A model generated the notes under the pieces. The model saw nothing but the letters and a program-made list of their open reading frames with translations. It searched no databases and was not told where the DNA came from. Source: Paecilomyces variotii (Eukaryota). Taken from it: DNA of 64,000 nucleotides. Positions 47,991 to 60,899 of the stretch are shown here, piece by piece. Numbering within the stretch: position 1 is the stretch's first letter; each line of letters opens with the position of its first letter. The translations under genes and the position numbers were made by a program. The stretch lies in assembly GCA_004022145.1 (NCBI GenBank), contig RCNU01000001.1. One strand, 5' to 3'.

Positions 47991-49016
47991 TCAGTGTCCG
48001 TATTCTGAAGTTGCAGGAGGCGCCCAATGCTGTCCGTAAGCACCACCATAGCTCGTGTCATAATCATGCATCACTCCTCCGGGAGCAGGAGCGGTGGGGT
48101 CATATGCTCCACTGACTCCAGCTCCAGCATGCGAACCGAGGTCATCTATTTCACTCTGTTGCAGAAGGGCATAGTCCTCGTCGCCATCCAGACGAGAACT
48201 AGACGCCGCATCATTGACGCGTCCAGAACGGAACTCGTCCTCTTCCTCGTCGAAGTCATGGGCAGGATTCGACGAGAAAGCCGCTTTGGTCTGAGCAGCG
48301 AATGTCGGATCCGAGATAGTATCAGGCATAGTTCCCGTGCGACGGAAGTGAGAAACATTTCGCATAGAGAGTAGACTGGTCCCGACGAAGGCGAGGCTGG
48401 ACAAGACAATGTTAGCAAGATGAAGGAAACCAACATAAGTAGAGCAACTTACAAGATAACGACACCAACGATCGTAGTACCCGTGGCCAGTTTGCATTTG
48501 CCAGGGCTGCCATACGCAAAGGCATCGCAACCAGTCTTGTTTTCCTTGGTTTTGTCCTTGCTATTCTTGCTGTCCGATTCGCCCTTGGACTTCCCTTCAG
48601 CGACATAGGAAGCAGTACATACCCAGGCGGAGAACCATAGGATGGTGAACAGGCAGTCGATCGTCGCGAAGGCGTAGACATTACCGAACCGCCGAGCACG
48701 AGGAAACATCGGGACACCGACCAAGTAGATCAACGCGGGGATCGTAACCCAACACTATAACAGGCAGAAATCCCATTCATTAAAACTTGGATCCCAAAAA
48801 AAAAAGAAATCACCGAGAAAGAAAGCTCATGTTCGACCATCCCCGCCGAAAAGAACGTACCAGTGCAAAGTACCAATCTATCCTCCCATCGTTAGAACCA
48901 GTCCTTGTGAAAATGGCCACGGTCATAGCCCATGCGATGAATATGACAAATCCTTGGAATCCATGGATAAAGTTCTTTATCCGCGTGGGATTTGCGGACA
49001 GTCGTGGTAGTGGCAT
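47991..49016 (-). CDS. MARVEL-like membrane protein
   Basis: Three exons encode four hydrophobic segments (IHGFQGFVIFIAWAM; CWVTIPALIYLV; IDCLFTILWFSAW; TTIVGVVIF) and an acidic/Tyr-Gly tail. Confidence 0.75.
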
Positions 49017-50131
49017 CTCTGCGCAAGGTGCAGATGGGGTCGATATCAAAGGAAGTCGGCTGCCTTTTATCCTGCCGTTCACAGGTCCCACTCAAGGTCG
49101 CCCGAGTAGAGCGAGAGAGCCTTCCACCTCTCACTAGACTTTATCTCCGTAGTTTTCGTCTCTTGCGTCAACAGTGATGTGTCGATAGCGTTTTCAGGCA
49201 CGAGGATGAGGGGTGATTGTTTACACACGGCAAGGTGAAGCTAGGCAGCCTGTGAGTGTCGCAGAAGAGGAAAAAAATGGAAATGCTCCGCTGCGTAAAC
49301 CCTCGTATCGATGAAACTGAGAGAAAGAAAAGGGAAGTATAGAGACCTTCAAACGGTTCTTTTGGCGGAAAAAAAAAAGATAGGATGGTGCAAAGGAGTC
49401 CACGAAGGCGACGTCAGCTTGTAACACTGGGCTACGAGAGGTGGATTCCGCACTGTCCAGACCAGTTGGCTCGCGCGGACCTCTCGGGCATCTTTTTCCT
49501 GTCCAGGAATTGTCCAAGCCACACTTGGCGCTCGCAACGCCGTCTCTCGGGATATATCAGACTAACAGTCAGACTAGACCACAGCGGTCTGTTGCGATGG
49601 AGTCACCAGCCACGCCAGGTAGCTCTGAAGAATCAATTGGCTGCTAACTTGCTTCGAATGACGGCCGGGATATGCCCATGTTATCGAATAAGCTATCGCA
49701 AACACGAGGCATCACCGTTACATCTATTTATGGAAATGGTGCTTCAGCCACAATCATGGGCATTTTCTGTGCAACTTCAGCTCAGCCCTACAACAGCAGA
49801 AAGTCACGCATGACATCTTCGAGACCTCAGAGGCTCAGACCCATGAGTGTAACTACTGGAGAAAAAGCAAGGAGACTACTGTTTTTATATGACACATTAG
49901 GTTTGTATGAATAATGACAAAGGAAATCGTCAAGACGTGTCTCTGCGCGCCGTACCATAATCGCGATACGTCGGTACACAGCTTACACTGCAATCGAGCT
50001 CATTCCAACGCCACGCTATGCTATCTTCAAACCATGCCAAACACCGCAACATAGGAAAGAAAACCGATAGGAAACACAAAGGGAATATCGAAACAGCGGT
50101 CGCAGATACCTATCACCAATCCCATCGCGAG

Positions 50132-51832
50132 TCATGACGTCTTGGCAGCTTTAGTCGCGTTCGAGAGCTCGTTGAACTCCTTCAGCGGCCGACACACATG
50201 CGCTTCCCACCACCAAGGAAGCGGATCGAGTCGCCAGAAGCGCGGGTCCTGCCAGATGAACAGGTGTTCGGTCTGCCTAGCCAAGGAACTGACGACCTTG
50301 GAGACCTGGCGCGTCGGCAGGAGCTTGGTAATGTAGCCGTCCACTGTTGTCGAGACGCTGCTGTATTCCTGATGGGTGGTCGACATAAAGGCTTTGATCG
50401 GGTCATGTTCGGGCCTGACAGGACCGGCCTTATGGACGCCATTTACGTGCGGGGTTAGCGCTGATAGGTAGGCGGGCGCTAGATTGCTGGTAGGGTCTTG
50501 GAGGAGGCTCTTGACCGCAGCCGTGCCCTGCTCACAGTCTCCAATATAGATAACATGCTTGACAGAATTGCCGGTGATCTCTTCATCTACCAGCAGCTTG
50601 ACTGAGAGATGACCCGTCATCCGGGATCCTCCTTTGGCGGCCAAGGTTTGCATGACATTGTGCATAGCCATCGATAGTCCTTCATCGAGGCGGGATTCTC
50701 CAAAACCCGACTCAGAACGTGCGGGGCGTGCCTTGAAAGCCTTTATCTGACCGTGAACCAAGAGCATGTCTGCAAAGTACTCTCCCGCTCGCACTTGCTG
50801 GTACAGGGCCCACGGTTCATCCTTGGTGACCTTTATGACGCTTACATCCGAATATGTCTGGCTAGGGGTCCTCTTCGGTAGACTGAGAGCATCAAGTTTG
50901 TCTGCTTCCGCGGGTTTCATCTTGCGCATGAGATACGTCTTGGTCGGAGACCGATGTAAGATCTTGTGTACCGCATCTCGAGAACGGACCTGGTGTCTCT
51001 CGAGCAGAGGCAGCCCCTTTTCGAAGACCCATTGCGTGAAGGTTTCTTTTTGACTGAAGACGGTTGCTAGATCTGTGCCGAAATGAATGCACTTGCACTC
51101 GGTTCTACTCTCGACGATCTCCTTGGCCATAGCGTCCTCTGTGGCCGATGGCATGTCTGAACATGGGATCCAGAGATCGACCTTCTCCCTGTTGATAATG
51201 TCGAGAAGACACGACACGTATTGGGGTTTGAGGATGTGATAGTATGCGCTTATGGTTTTCGACATACTACCGGCCGAACGTACGGCGAGATTGCCGACGT
51301 CCGCACCTACCACCCGATGGCCCGCATAGTACCAGAGCCGTGCCAGTGCCAGGCCATGCGGTGTGTCCACTCCTGTGATAAGGACCGTCTTGGGATAGAA
51401 CTGAGCGTCTTGCAAGACAGTATGTCGTCGCAGGTTGGGGCCATCTCCGGGAAGCGGAAGGGACCCCAGCAGATAAGATGCCAGGAGAATCGAGGTATCG
51501 ATCGGGAGTAGAGCGACTGAGATTGCTATTAGAAACAGGTGGTAGAAAGGATCTGGGACCGAATTATCATGGCAGTCAGCTACGCTTATCGGGAGCGTAT
51601 CCAGGGCTCGCGCGGCCCGTAGAAAAGCACGTCTGGCCATGGCTGCGGGCGTGCTCGACCTCAACTCTGTAGCGGGTTTGGCTTTGGTTTTCGAGGAAAC
51701 AGACTCCATCCTGATGGACACGCGGAGGTTAGCTAACAATATATCTGATTCTGTGTCGAGGAGCGGTGACGAGGCAGGGCCGTAGCTGCGATAGTCAAAA
51801 TAGACAGGTGGGCAAGCAGCAACGTGGACCAT
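50132..51832 (-). CDS. Divergent ATP-grasp-fold protein, MysC-like
   Basis: Motifs KTVLITGV..GLALARLWYYAGHRVVGAD, LLDIINREKVDLWIPCS, MTGHLS and DPLPWWW. The true start could be a downstream Met. Confidence 0.7.
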   Translation of the reverse strand: MVHVAACPPVYFDYRSYGPASSPLLDTESDILLANLRVSIRMESVSSKTKAKPATELRSSTPAAMARRAFLRAARALDTLPISVADCHDNSVPDPFYHLFLIAISVALLPIDTSILLASYLLGSLPLPGDGPNLRRHTVLQDAQFYPKTVLITGVDTPHGLALARLWYYAGHRVVGADVGNLAVRSAGSMSKTISAYYHILKPQYVSCLLDIINREKVDLWIPCSDMPSATEDAMAKEIVESRTECKCIHFGTDLATVFSQKETFTQWVFEKGLPLLERHQVRSRDAVHKILHRSPTKTYLMRKMKPAEADKLDALSLPKRTPSQTYSDVSVIKVTKDEPWALYQQVRAGEYFADMLLVHGQIKAFKARPARSESGFGESRLDEGLSMAMHNVMQTLAAKGGSRMTGHLSVKLLVDEEITGNSVKHVIYIGDCEQGTAAVKSLLQDPTSNLAPAYLSALTPHVNGVHKAGPVRPEHDPIKAFMSTTHQEYSSVSTTVDGYITKLLPTRQVSKVVSSLARQTEHLFIWQDPRFWRLDPLPWWWEAHVCRPLKEFNELSNATKAAKTS

Positions 51833-52867
51833 TCAGACGCTTGCAGCTGCAACCAACGGATTCGGAACGTCAGGCCGCTTCCTCCAGAGCCGTGTAGCTT
51901 TTGGGTTGGCCACTGCTTGTAGTCCGGTCTGCTGCCATCGGGCTTCAATACGTTGCGGAATCATGACGGTTAGGAGATGGAGCTCCATCTATGCGGCCTC
52001 ATCTGTTGTAGACCTGTCGTGGTTCTAGCGCTGGACCTTTTTGTTTCACATGTCTGCCGTGAAGAGGCGTTGCGCCCGGTATGCCCCATTATTGTCCTGC
52101 TCGCAGACAATCGTCTGATCTTGCACTGACAATGCAAGCTGCAAAGCTAGCAGCTTCGAGGAGGCTGGCAATCAACAAAGCTATTTCGAGGTGAGCTCTA
52201 GAGTAGTTTGGTCCACTGGGATGGTCGAGCTAAGCAGCCTAACAGCAAAGCCGCCGAGCCGAGTGGAGGCTGGACAACGGCGCGCCAAGATGCGCGAAGA
52301 TCAGGATTCAAAAGCACGGATGCTCACAGAAGTTAGAATCCAATTCCCAGTGAGCTTATCATTATTCCTGTCCAAGAGGATTAGCAGCTGGCGTAGAAGA
52401 CAAGACAATCCTACTAGACATGGCTTTTTCCCTGGTCGCAAAAGGCCTGTTGTGTGTGTTGTGACGCAGTGCTCAAGTTTCTGATTCCATAAATTTGTTT
52501 CATGCGGCCTCATGCAGCGCGTTTATAGTTGGAAATTTAAGGCAAGCTTCGGCTGCTGATACTAGTCGGCATTCGCAGTTGGCGTCGATCTATATCCACT
52601 ATACGGAAATCTCGGTTCAGAGAACGGTAATATCCGTGCGACAATCCTGTGGAGTAAATAGGTATCTTAGTGAAAGTACGACTAGAAGGATACTCAAGGT
52701 GGTCACCTTTTCTTAGTCCAGTTGGTCAAGATTTCTCCCATCATTCCACGAGGAACGAGCAACAGGGAACCCTTGCGTCCATGTTGGCAATAGATGAGAT
52801 TTGCTGGGATAGTAACTGATTCTTGATGACCTGTTTCTGTCTGTCAACTGTCAAAGTGACTATCGCA

Positions 52868-53836
52868 AATAGCAGCCCTGCCTTTGATCAAAGCAAAGCG
52901 GACATCCCGCATTCTCCAGAAGGGCAAGCCTGGGTTCCTACTACTGCTACCTGTGCATGTACCTTTAGAGGATATTGTTTAATTCGTGCTTACTACTTAC
53001 TATAGTGCAGTTCGACGATGGAGAGGCGAGATTCAACTCCTCCATTTCGTCTACAACCAGCCAAATACTTATCGAAGAGATCCGCGGCAACCCACGTAAA
53101 GTGTTGGACGTCATCGATGGATTCGCAAAGTCCCAAAAGACCTGATGAATGCCAGCCATGCAAAAGGCAAGACTGTCATTGATTTAACTGTGGAAGCGAT
53201 GTCTCGCCACGATGCTCGAACTGGGTGTTTAAATTTCGTCGGTTACACCACGATCCTATTTCGAGACGCAGTGTCGCACACGCGGTAAACGATTTCTCCG
53301 TATCGAGAGAACCCCCAAGTCTACTTCGTTCGCACATTTATTGGACGCAGGGATCCATCCTCGCACAAGTTGTATACCAGCGGCGAGGTCAAACACGTTG
53401 AACTGATGTTCCTCGATCACTACAAGCCTGCCTATACGACCAACCTCAAGCTCTGCGAATACTGTGGCCTGATCTCGTCCGGTACAGTGCTTGCAGCTGA
53501 CAATGTTCTGATCCCGTGGAATTCGCCGCATCTCGAATACAGAAGGGCCAAGCAATCCGGGACAGAGCCGACAAGGGCTACAACTACGAAGGGATCAAGA
53601 AACGCACAAGGAATCAATACAAGAACAAGTAGGAATAACAGCAGCCTGTCCTCGATTTCCCCAGGATTCCCAATATCGTCTACGCAACCACCCTCCACAA
53701 CAGTTTCGAGCCAACTGGCGAGCCCGTAAGTTCTTACGTTCAATCTCAAACTCTCCTGATATGTACTGTGGACTCATGCACGCTCCAGGATGGTGTCGAA
53801 ATCACGAAATGTGTCGGCGTAGAACAGGAATCATAA
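52868..53836 (+). pseudogene. Catechol O-methyltransferase-type pseudogene
   Basis: Fragments in shifting frames with internal stops: AFDQSKA, FDDG, EIQLLHFVY, IRGNPRKVLDVIDGF, LMN..KGK, MLELG, VGYTTILF, LMFLDHYKPAY, GTVLAADNV and SFEPTGEP|DGVEITKCVG. Confidence 0.85.
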
Positions 53837-54401
53837 TTCCGGAGGATACAGAATACTAATTAATTCCGACCCGGAGAACGTTCCAGCAGGCGTTGCAAGC
53901 CACGCGGATAATGATGAGCAGTACCCAAGACGTTGCAATTAGTACAGTTGCTCTTTATCCATTTTTCCATAGCCGACACACGCCATCTCCAGTTGAGATC
54001 ACATCTACACAAAATTATTAAGCTACGTCGTTTTGTGATGAGATCGGCGATCGACAATATTAATGGATCGAAATGGTTCTCTCTAAGCTGAGCGAGCTAG
54101 ACCCCGCGCTTTTCATCTCTGCCCCGCTATTGCAAAGCTTCCGGCCGCGTTGACCTGCCCAGCGCCACTGCGACGTGAACCGCGGATTCGTCCATCTGGT
54201 ATTATTAATTTGCCTAATTAAAGCTCTGCGGTGTACATAGAGATAATCGCGTTTTCCCCGACATATAAAGCTGTTGGTGCTCCCCGGATTTAAAAGGGGT
54301 ATCAGATATCGCTTTTGTCTTTTTTTTCTCTTTTTTTCCCCCTCAGGGTTATCGTACAATCCAATTCAATCCAGTCCAAAGAAAACGAAAGAAAAAACAC
54401 A

Positions 54402-55771
54402 ATGGCGTCCAAGACCTGGAATGTCGGAATTATAGGCTACGGTTTCAGTGCCAAGATCTTCCACATTCCTTTCGTCAATGCGCTGCCCGACTACAAGCTA
54501 TATGCAATTGTGCAGAGAACACCCAAGCCCGATGACGATGCGGAGAAGGACTGGCCGGGTATCAAGTCGTACCGCAGCGCGGAGGAGTTAGTGAAGGATG
54601 AGAGTGTCGACGTGGTGATTGTGACGACGGCTCCGGACTCGCATGTTGCTCTGACCAAGCTGGCCCTGGAGGCGGGGAAGCATGGTATGTTTGCCAGCGC
54701 GATGGGTTTTCAATATCCGTCGAGGCCAATTGTATGGATGTGGTTGCAATTGACTGATACTGATGATTATTTGCAGTTGTCGTCGAGAAACCCTTCACAC
54801 CGACCTCCCAGGAAGCAGATGAGCTTGTTGCTCTGGCTAAAAAGCAGAACAAGCTGCTGACGGTTTACCAAAGTTCGTTCTATCTCCCTCACGTCTCCTA
54901 CTCATCATGTTCTCTCTAACAGACTATCTTTACAGACCGCCGCTGGGACTCTGACTTCGTCACTGCTTCTCAACTCATCAAGAACGGGACTCTGGGCCGT
55001 GTCGTTGAATACGAAACTCACTTCGACCGTCATCGTCCCGAAGTCCCTGCTAACTCGACCTCCTGGAAGACACAGATCATTCCCGCGGGTGGTGCCATCT
55101 ATGACCTGGGCACGCACCTGCTCGACCAGGCATACCACCTGTTCGGAAAGCCAGACAAGGTGACTGGATTCATCGGGACACAGAGAGAGAACAACACGAC
55201 TGGGTTCGAAGACTCTTTCACAGTGCTGCTGCACTATGCCAAGGGACCTTTGGTGACCGCCAAGGCTGCAGTTGTTAGTCCAGAGGAGAAACAGCTCAGA
55301 TTCTGGATCCGCGGAGACAAGGCCAGTTACAAGAAGGTAGGCCTTCTAGATATAGCACTACAGATGAGGCCCATACTGACTGCATCGCAACTAGTTCCAC
55401 CTCGACGTCCAGGAAGACCAGCTCAAGGCGGGCCTCAGACCAGGCAACAACGGCTACGCTGAAGAATCCCCTGACAAATACGGTATGTTTTTATCGCTCT
55501 CATATTTCTCCTTCGATCAATACTATTCGCGTAACATTGCTAACATCCCTCTCCATCAGGTGTCCTGACCACCATCAAGGACGGCAAGCCCGTCGCAGAG
55601 ACCTACCCTACCGTCCAGCCCCCGACATATACCGAATACTACCGCGTCCTTGCCCGCGCTCTTGCTGGCCAGGGCGAAGTCCCCGTCAAGCCTGAGGACT
55701 CTAGCGCTGTTATTCGAATTATCGAGCTGGCCAAGGAGAGTTCGAAGCTGGGTAAGACGCTGGATGTTTAA
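54402..55771 (+). CDS. Gfo/Idh/MocA family NAD(P)-dependent oxidoreductase
   Basis: Motifs VGIIGYGFSAKIFH, AGKH|VVVEKP, QNRRWDSDF and GGAIYDLGTHLLDQ. Four introns. Confidence 0.92.
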
Positions 55772-56145
55772 TTTGTCACGCCTGTATGTAATGAAATAAA
55801 GCGCACAATATACCCTGATTAGGACAATAGATAGCTATGTATATCTTTCTGAAACCTAGCATATAATTCATTATACAATATGAAGTTTCCTGACGTAGAA
55901 GCTTTCTTCTAAGCCATATCTATCTAAGTTACAGAATAAGTTAGTAAATCGCAAGCTCTATTTCGGCCCTGCGTCTCCAAATACACTTTGTTTACCAGAT
56001 TTCCTGCGTACGAAACAACAACCTCATGTTCGCATAGGATCTATAGTTGCTTAAACTGGCTTTGCGCGATAGCCTTCTTGACTCCCACTAATTCAAGCCA
56101 CTATCGTCGAATAGCCTACAGCTATGAATCGCTCCTAGTCTTTCT

Positions 56146-56850
56146 TCAATGTTTTCCAGCTCTGAAACACGGCCCGATGTCTCGCGTATATCCGTGCATC
56201 CTTGCTCTGTGCATTCTTCCCGTCAGGCCCGCGTACCAGTCTTCATAGACCCATGCCTTAGATGCAATTTCCTCGGGAGTGTCGGCCATCTCCTTCGCAG
56301 TAGCATCATTGGGAGTCCTGCAGTCTATGTTAGACCCAGGGAGACCAACAAACTCTTCTCCTTTTTGGTCGAGCGGTATGGAGTTCCTATAGTATATATT
56401 GGTGTCTTGTATTTCCACTGTTTGCATAACCAACTTTTTCTTGAAGCTGTGGTAAAAGAATTTCTCAAAGTTGCTTTGGCTCCCGCCCTGCACCATCAAC
56501 TATATGTGAATGTCATCTTTTATTGACATCATATTGCCCTGCAGGAACCTTGCGTGTATCTGGCGTGCGTGGGGTGATTGAATCCTTCTCTCGTACTGCG
56601 ATAATACGCTCCGATGCTTTAAAAAGAACACCTCTATGGTTCTCCAGCGTTGTTTTTTTTTTTTCTTGCAACTTCAGGAAAGAGCTTGTTCTTTCGATAA
56701 TATATCCTCGGAAGTTTCAGTCGCCCACCATTGTCGAAAGGTTATTGGTATTTTGCACTGGATCAGTGCTGCTTCCTAGTCCGGGGTCTTCGTCTGATGG
56801 CCGGTGAAAATTCCAATCTCCCTCGGGAGTATATGCATAGTCCATGAATT
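56146..56850 (-). pseudogene. Possible degenerate coding remnant, family not recognised
   Basis: Protein-like 117-aa ORF (56146-56499) preceded by broken, coding-like frames from about 56846 (MDYAYTPEGDWNFHRP). Confidence 0.3.
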
Positions 56851-57761
56851 CGTCAAATATTGCTATATCCCTATTGATTGTCGGCTGCAGCTATGGCGCC
56901 GCCATTAGGCGCGAAGATCTAAGTTCTTGTACGTCGTAGCGTACGTCGTAGCGGTAAGCGGTATAAATAAATCAACTCGAGAAAAAGTTCGTGCGCCTGT
57001 CTGCGCTATACAGGATTGCATTAATGCACAAAGGAGAGGAAGAGGAGGCAAATGAGTCGTGGATACTATGACGCTATGCGGCATTCGAATTGATCAGAGG
57101 TATTGAAAGGACAAAACGTATAAGATACTTCTGATTCAACGGGCTCAATAGTGCAAAAGCAAAGGAAAATGGAAATGAGGAGAGAGGATGAGAGGCAGTC
57201 CCGAGATCCAAAAAAAATCAATGGAGTGAATTGTTAGGAAATGGCAGATGATGGAAGAGGCAGCCGCGGTTTTGATCTTTAACTCTATTGTGAATGACAC
57301 AAAATTCAGTGATTATGTGAAATGTGAAATACACAAATAAGAAAGTTCCAAGGCTACTTCGGAATTTTTTTTTTATCTTCTTCTTTCTTCCTATGGAATG
57401 GTAATGGTAGATGAGACAATCAGTATTTCGGGCGCCCTCCCGCTTTCGCAAATAACGGGACAAAGCAGGCTTGTCCAATGACTACAGAACAAAACAACCT
57501 TAATTTTTTTACTTTTCTATTTTCATGAGCCTTTAGCAATGATTCTGGGTAGCCCTGGCACTTGATGCCTATTTGAGCATTCTATTTACTGTTAAATGTC
57601 ACGTGATGCTAGACGATATCTTCAGACGCCGCGGTAGAGATAAATTTCACTGGTCATATCTCACATTGTCCCAAATCTACCGCAGAATCATATCCCAAAG
57701 GGCATATAACTACTGCTTGTAGCCTTAGGTCATCTGTCGGACCAGTCTCTAAGTAGTCGCA

Positions 57762-60700
57762 ATGGCTCCTCCGCGCCCCGACCGCGTCGCTAGCATCATG
57801 CTGTCGTGGCACTCGCTCGACCTCGTCTCATGTACTAACGTAATTCCCTGCCGACCGGGTCACCCGCCCGGCCGGGTCACCTCTACCACCTAAATGAAAT
57901 ATTATATGATTTTATACCCAAATAGCAGCGTAATTTAACAATTTCTAATCGCTATATTAAACTAGGGCATCTAACCCTCGTATGACCCCTAGTATTACAA
58001 TTTAAACATATCGGCGGAGCTCGCTAGCGCTGCTGTACAGTCATAGTGCCTAATCCTTCTACAGTACTAATAGCAGCTTCAGTCGCTTCAGCATTGCTCG
58101 CTATTAAAGCTTAACCTTCTTCAATAAATAAACCCTATAGAGGACCCATTTAACACTTAGATCGTTGCTTTTTTTGCTGTAATTCATCATTAGCTAAGCG
58201 TAGATTCCGGATCTCTGCTGCCATAAGCGTTTTCTCGCTCACTAGGCATTCATATCATTAAATAAAACGATCTAGAACTAACTGGCTAGAAGACAGAGGA
58301 CTCTAGGTTCATCTTCTAAGCAAGCTTTAAATCATCATCCAATACTTCTCCAAATCCTTCCGATTTCACAGCGTCTTAGATAGGGAAATACTAGAAGCAG
58401 TTAACTGAGTTCCTGGTAGAGTAGGAGACTTTAATTAAATAGTAAACCGTCCAAGCACTTCCTCTAAATTAAAAGGGACTATGCCAGTAGCTCTAAATCC
58501 GCTTTTAATAATATCCAAAGTAAATGATTTCATATGAGCTCCAGGGTAAATGCTTAGGAAGTCAAGCTTATCAATATGGTTAAATCCTTATCGTTACTTA
58601 TCCTGAACTAGGCAACTATACGCCCCTTTTAAAGGACCGAAACAGCTGACATCTAGAGGTTAACAATAAGCTGACAAATACGCTGGCATACAGATTGAAA
58701 TAATATTATTTTCACTACATATTTTATCAAATTCCGGGGTTAAATAACTGCCGTGCCCATCTAGAATAAGGAGGCTATACTGCCCAGTTCTTCAATAAAC
58801 TGTTTAAGATATAAAAACCTTTTAAAGCCAGCGTAGACTAATCTGATCTATAGTCTAGCCATTATCGCTAATTTCAATTCTCCAATCCTTTGGTATATTA
58901 GAATCCTCATACCAAGCTTACATATAGGTCTTCACTTTAAAAATAATACATAAAGATAGAGCCCATCCTATAGCGTTGACGCATTCAATTAACATAACCC
59001 ATTCGCGATTCCCTGGCTGAACGACTTAACATCTTCCATAATATTCAGCTTATATTACTACCTTGGCAGTAGCAGTAAGGCCCATAGCATATCCAGTTTC
59101 ATCAAAGTTATAGATATCTTCATCCGCGATTCCATATTACATTCTAGTAATTTAAATACAGTCAAACCAGGGTTTAATTATCTTCAGATCTTCGCATTTA
59201 GCTTATTTATAGGTATATCATCTGGAGTAAACAGTCTTTAGCTCAGTATAACATTTAATAAAAGCAGAAGCCCAGTTCTTGCCCAGCTGAATCTCGCTAT
59301 CTTAGTCCATAAGAAGACTCGCCATGCCTCAAACCTAGATAGGTCGGGGACTTACTCCACATTAATCCATAAATAATATCTATTGTACAAACAATTCCTC
59401 CTATAATTTAGACAATATAAACACGTTATTTTATATATCATCACAAAACTGACGCCCTTATAATCGCGCTTGGAGAGTTATATAGGGAACTTCAAAAATC
59501 AATGCTGCTTTTTATATAGACAGAATTTAATTTTCATTTAAAGCCTAAATTGCTAATAGGACCCTCCCCTCTTGCTCAGTCAAATCTCTAGATGATTTAG
59601 GCTTTTTTGGTGGCATAGTGGGTGGTTAAATAAAACTGATTTAATGATCGCGAAGAAAGCTTGAGGGGTGACCCGGCCGGGCGGGTGACCCGGTCGGCAG
59701 GGAATTACGTTATCTTACAGACGTTGTGGGCAGGTTACGGACACATCTGCGCAATTACCGCCCGAGCTACCACCGACGAAGTCGCAGGGCATCTTAGCAA
59801 GCTTTGCGGGGTTGGATCAGGAGCCGCGGGGACCACTTATCCTCTGATCCTGAAGCTCATCTCACCTCCAAAGAAAAGCGCTGGCTATGAAGATAAAGAT
59901 GAGGGCCATCTGCGAAAGATGCTGAGTTACGAGGTGGAGCAGTTCTTTTACAGTGAGGTGGTTCCGCTGCTGGGCGACGAGATTGCTGTTGCCAAATGTC
60001 TTGCCTCGACGCGAGGCATGGACGGCAAGGAAGGCGAGGAGGAACTGCGAGGTCTGATGGCTACCATCATGGTCGATCTGCGTCCAAGGTTTCCAGTCGC
60101 AGGCGAAAAGAGGGGCGAACTGAACCGTACACAAGTGCATGGGGCGTTAGACTGGCTGGCCGGCTTCCACCGCCGTTCATGGGAACTGCTGCCAGATAGT
60201 CTTGATATTGACAAGTATGTCTTGCCACCGCTTGAAGAATCCAGTAGAAGACAGAGCGCAGCCAAGGATATTGAGAGCGGGCTGTGGCTCAACGGAGGGT
60301 ACACGTACCTTGCGACACGACGTAAAGAATACGCTTCTCTAGCTCAAGATACAGAGTCGGAGTGGTCAGAAGCCCTGTGCAAGGCTCCGGAAGGCTCCTC
60401 ATTATCTGTCGCTGAGATGGTTGCTTTATTTCTCACCCCCTGTGGAAGGTCGATTGAGTCGTATATTCATGGCGACGTCAAGTCGGAGAATCTCTTCACA
60501 ACAACTAATGGAGACGGGGTGGCATTCTTTGACTTCCAATACATCGGGCTGGGTCTGGGAGTCTGTGACCTCGCTAAACTGTTTACATGCTCGGTTCCTC
60601 TGCATATGCTTGTTGATGCCAACGAGCCTTTGCCCGAGCAGCTGACGATGCGTGATGGCGAGAGGCGACTGTTAAAGCGGTACCACACGATTCTCCTCCG

Positions 60701-60899
60701 GGATAAGGAACCAGCCCGGTATGAATGGGAAACATTCATACGACACTGGGAAACGGCCCTGGTTGACTGGTGCAGATTCCAGGCTTCCTGGGGCTTTTGG
60801 GGAAATACTGAATGGCTTGAGGCCCGTGTGAGATCGATTTTGAGCGACCCGGAGTGGAGAGAATGGCTGCATCAGAACATCAGCAGTCGGGATGGTTGA
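57762..60899 (+). pseudogene. Choline/aminoglycoside/ecdysteroid-kinase-like gene disrupted by transposon insertion
   Basis: 5' part 57762-57837 plus 3' part 59713-60899 rejoin in frame (MAPPRPDRVASIMLSWHSLDLVSCTILQTLWAGYGHI...). Catalytic motifs are HGDVKSEN and FFDFQY. Confidence 0.88.
57838..59710 (-). mobile_element. Fot1/pogo-family (Tc1-mariner) DNA transposon, 1873 bp, RIP-degenerate
   Basis: Perfect 44-bp TIRs (57838-57881 and 59667-59710) start ACGT, with TA on both flanks. The transposase relic runs from ATG 59616 with YNFDETG, QPGNREW, LILDGH and PLDV motifs and many stops. Confidence 0.96.

Noticed and set aside
59661-59712. ORF-track start of the kinase-like gene
   Set aside because: It lies within the transposon end. 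The native ATG is at 57762.
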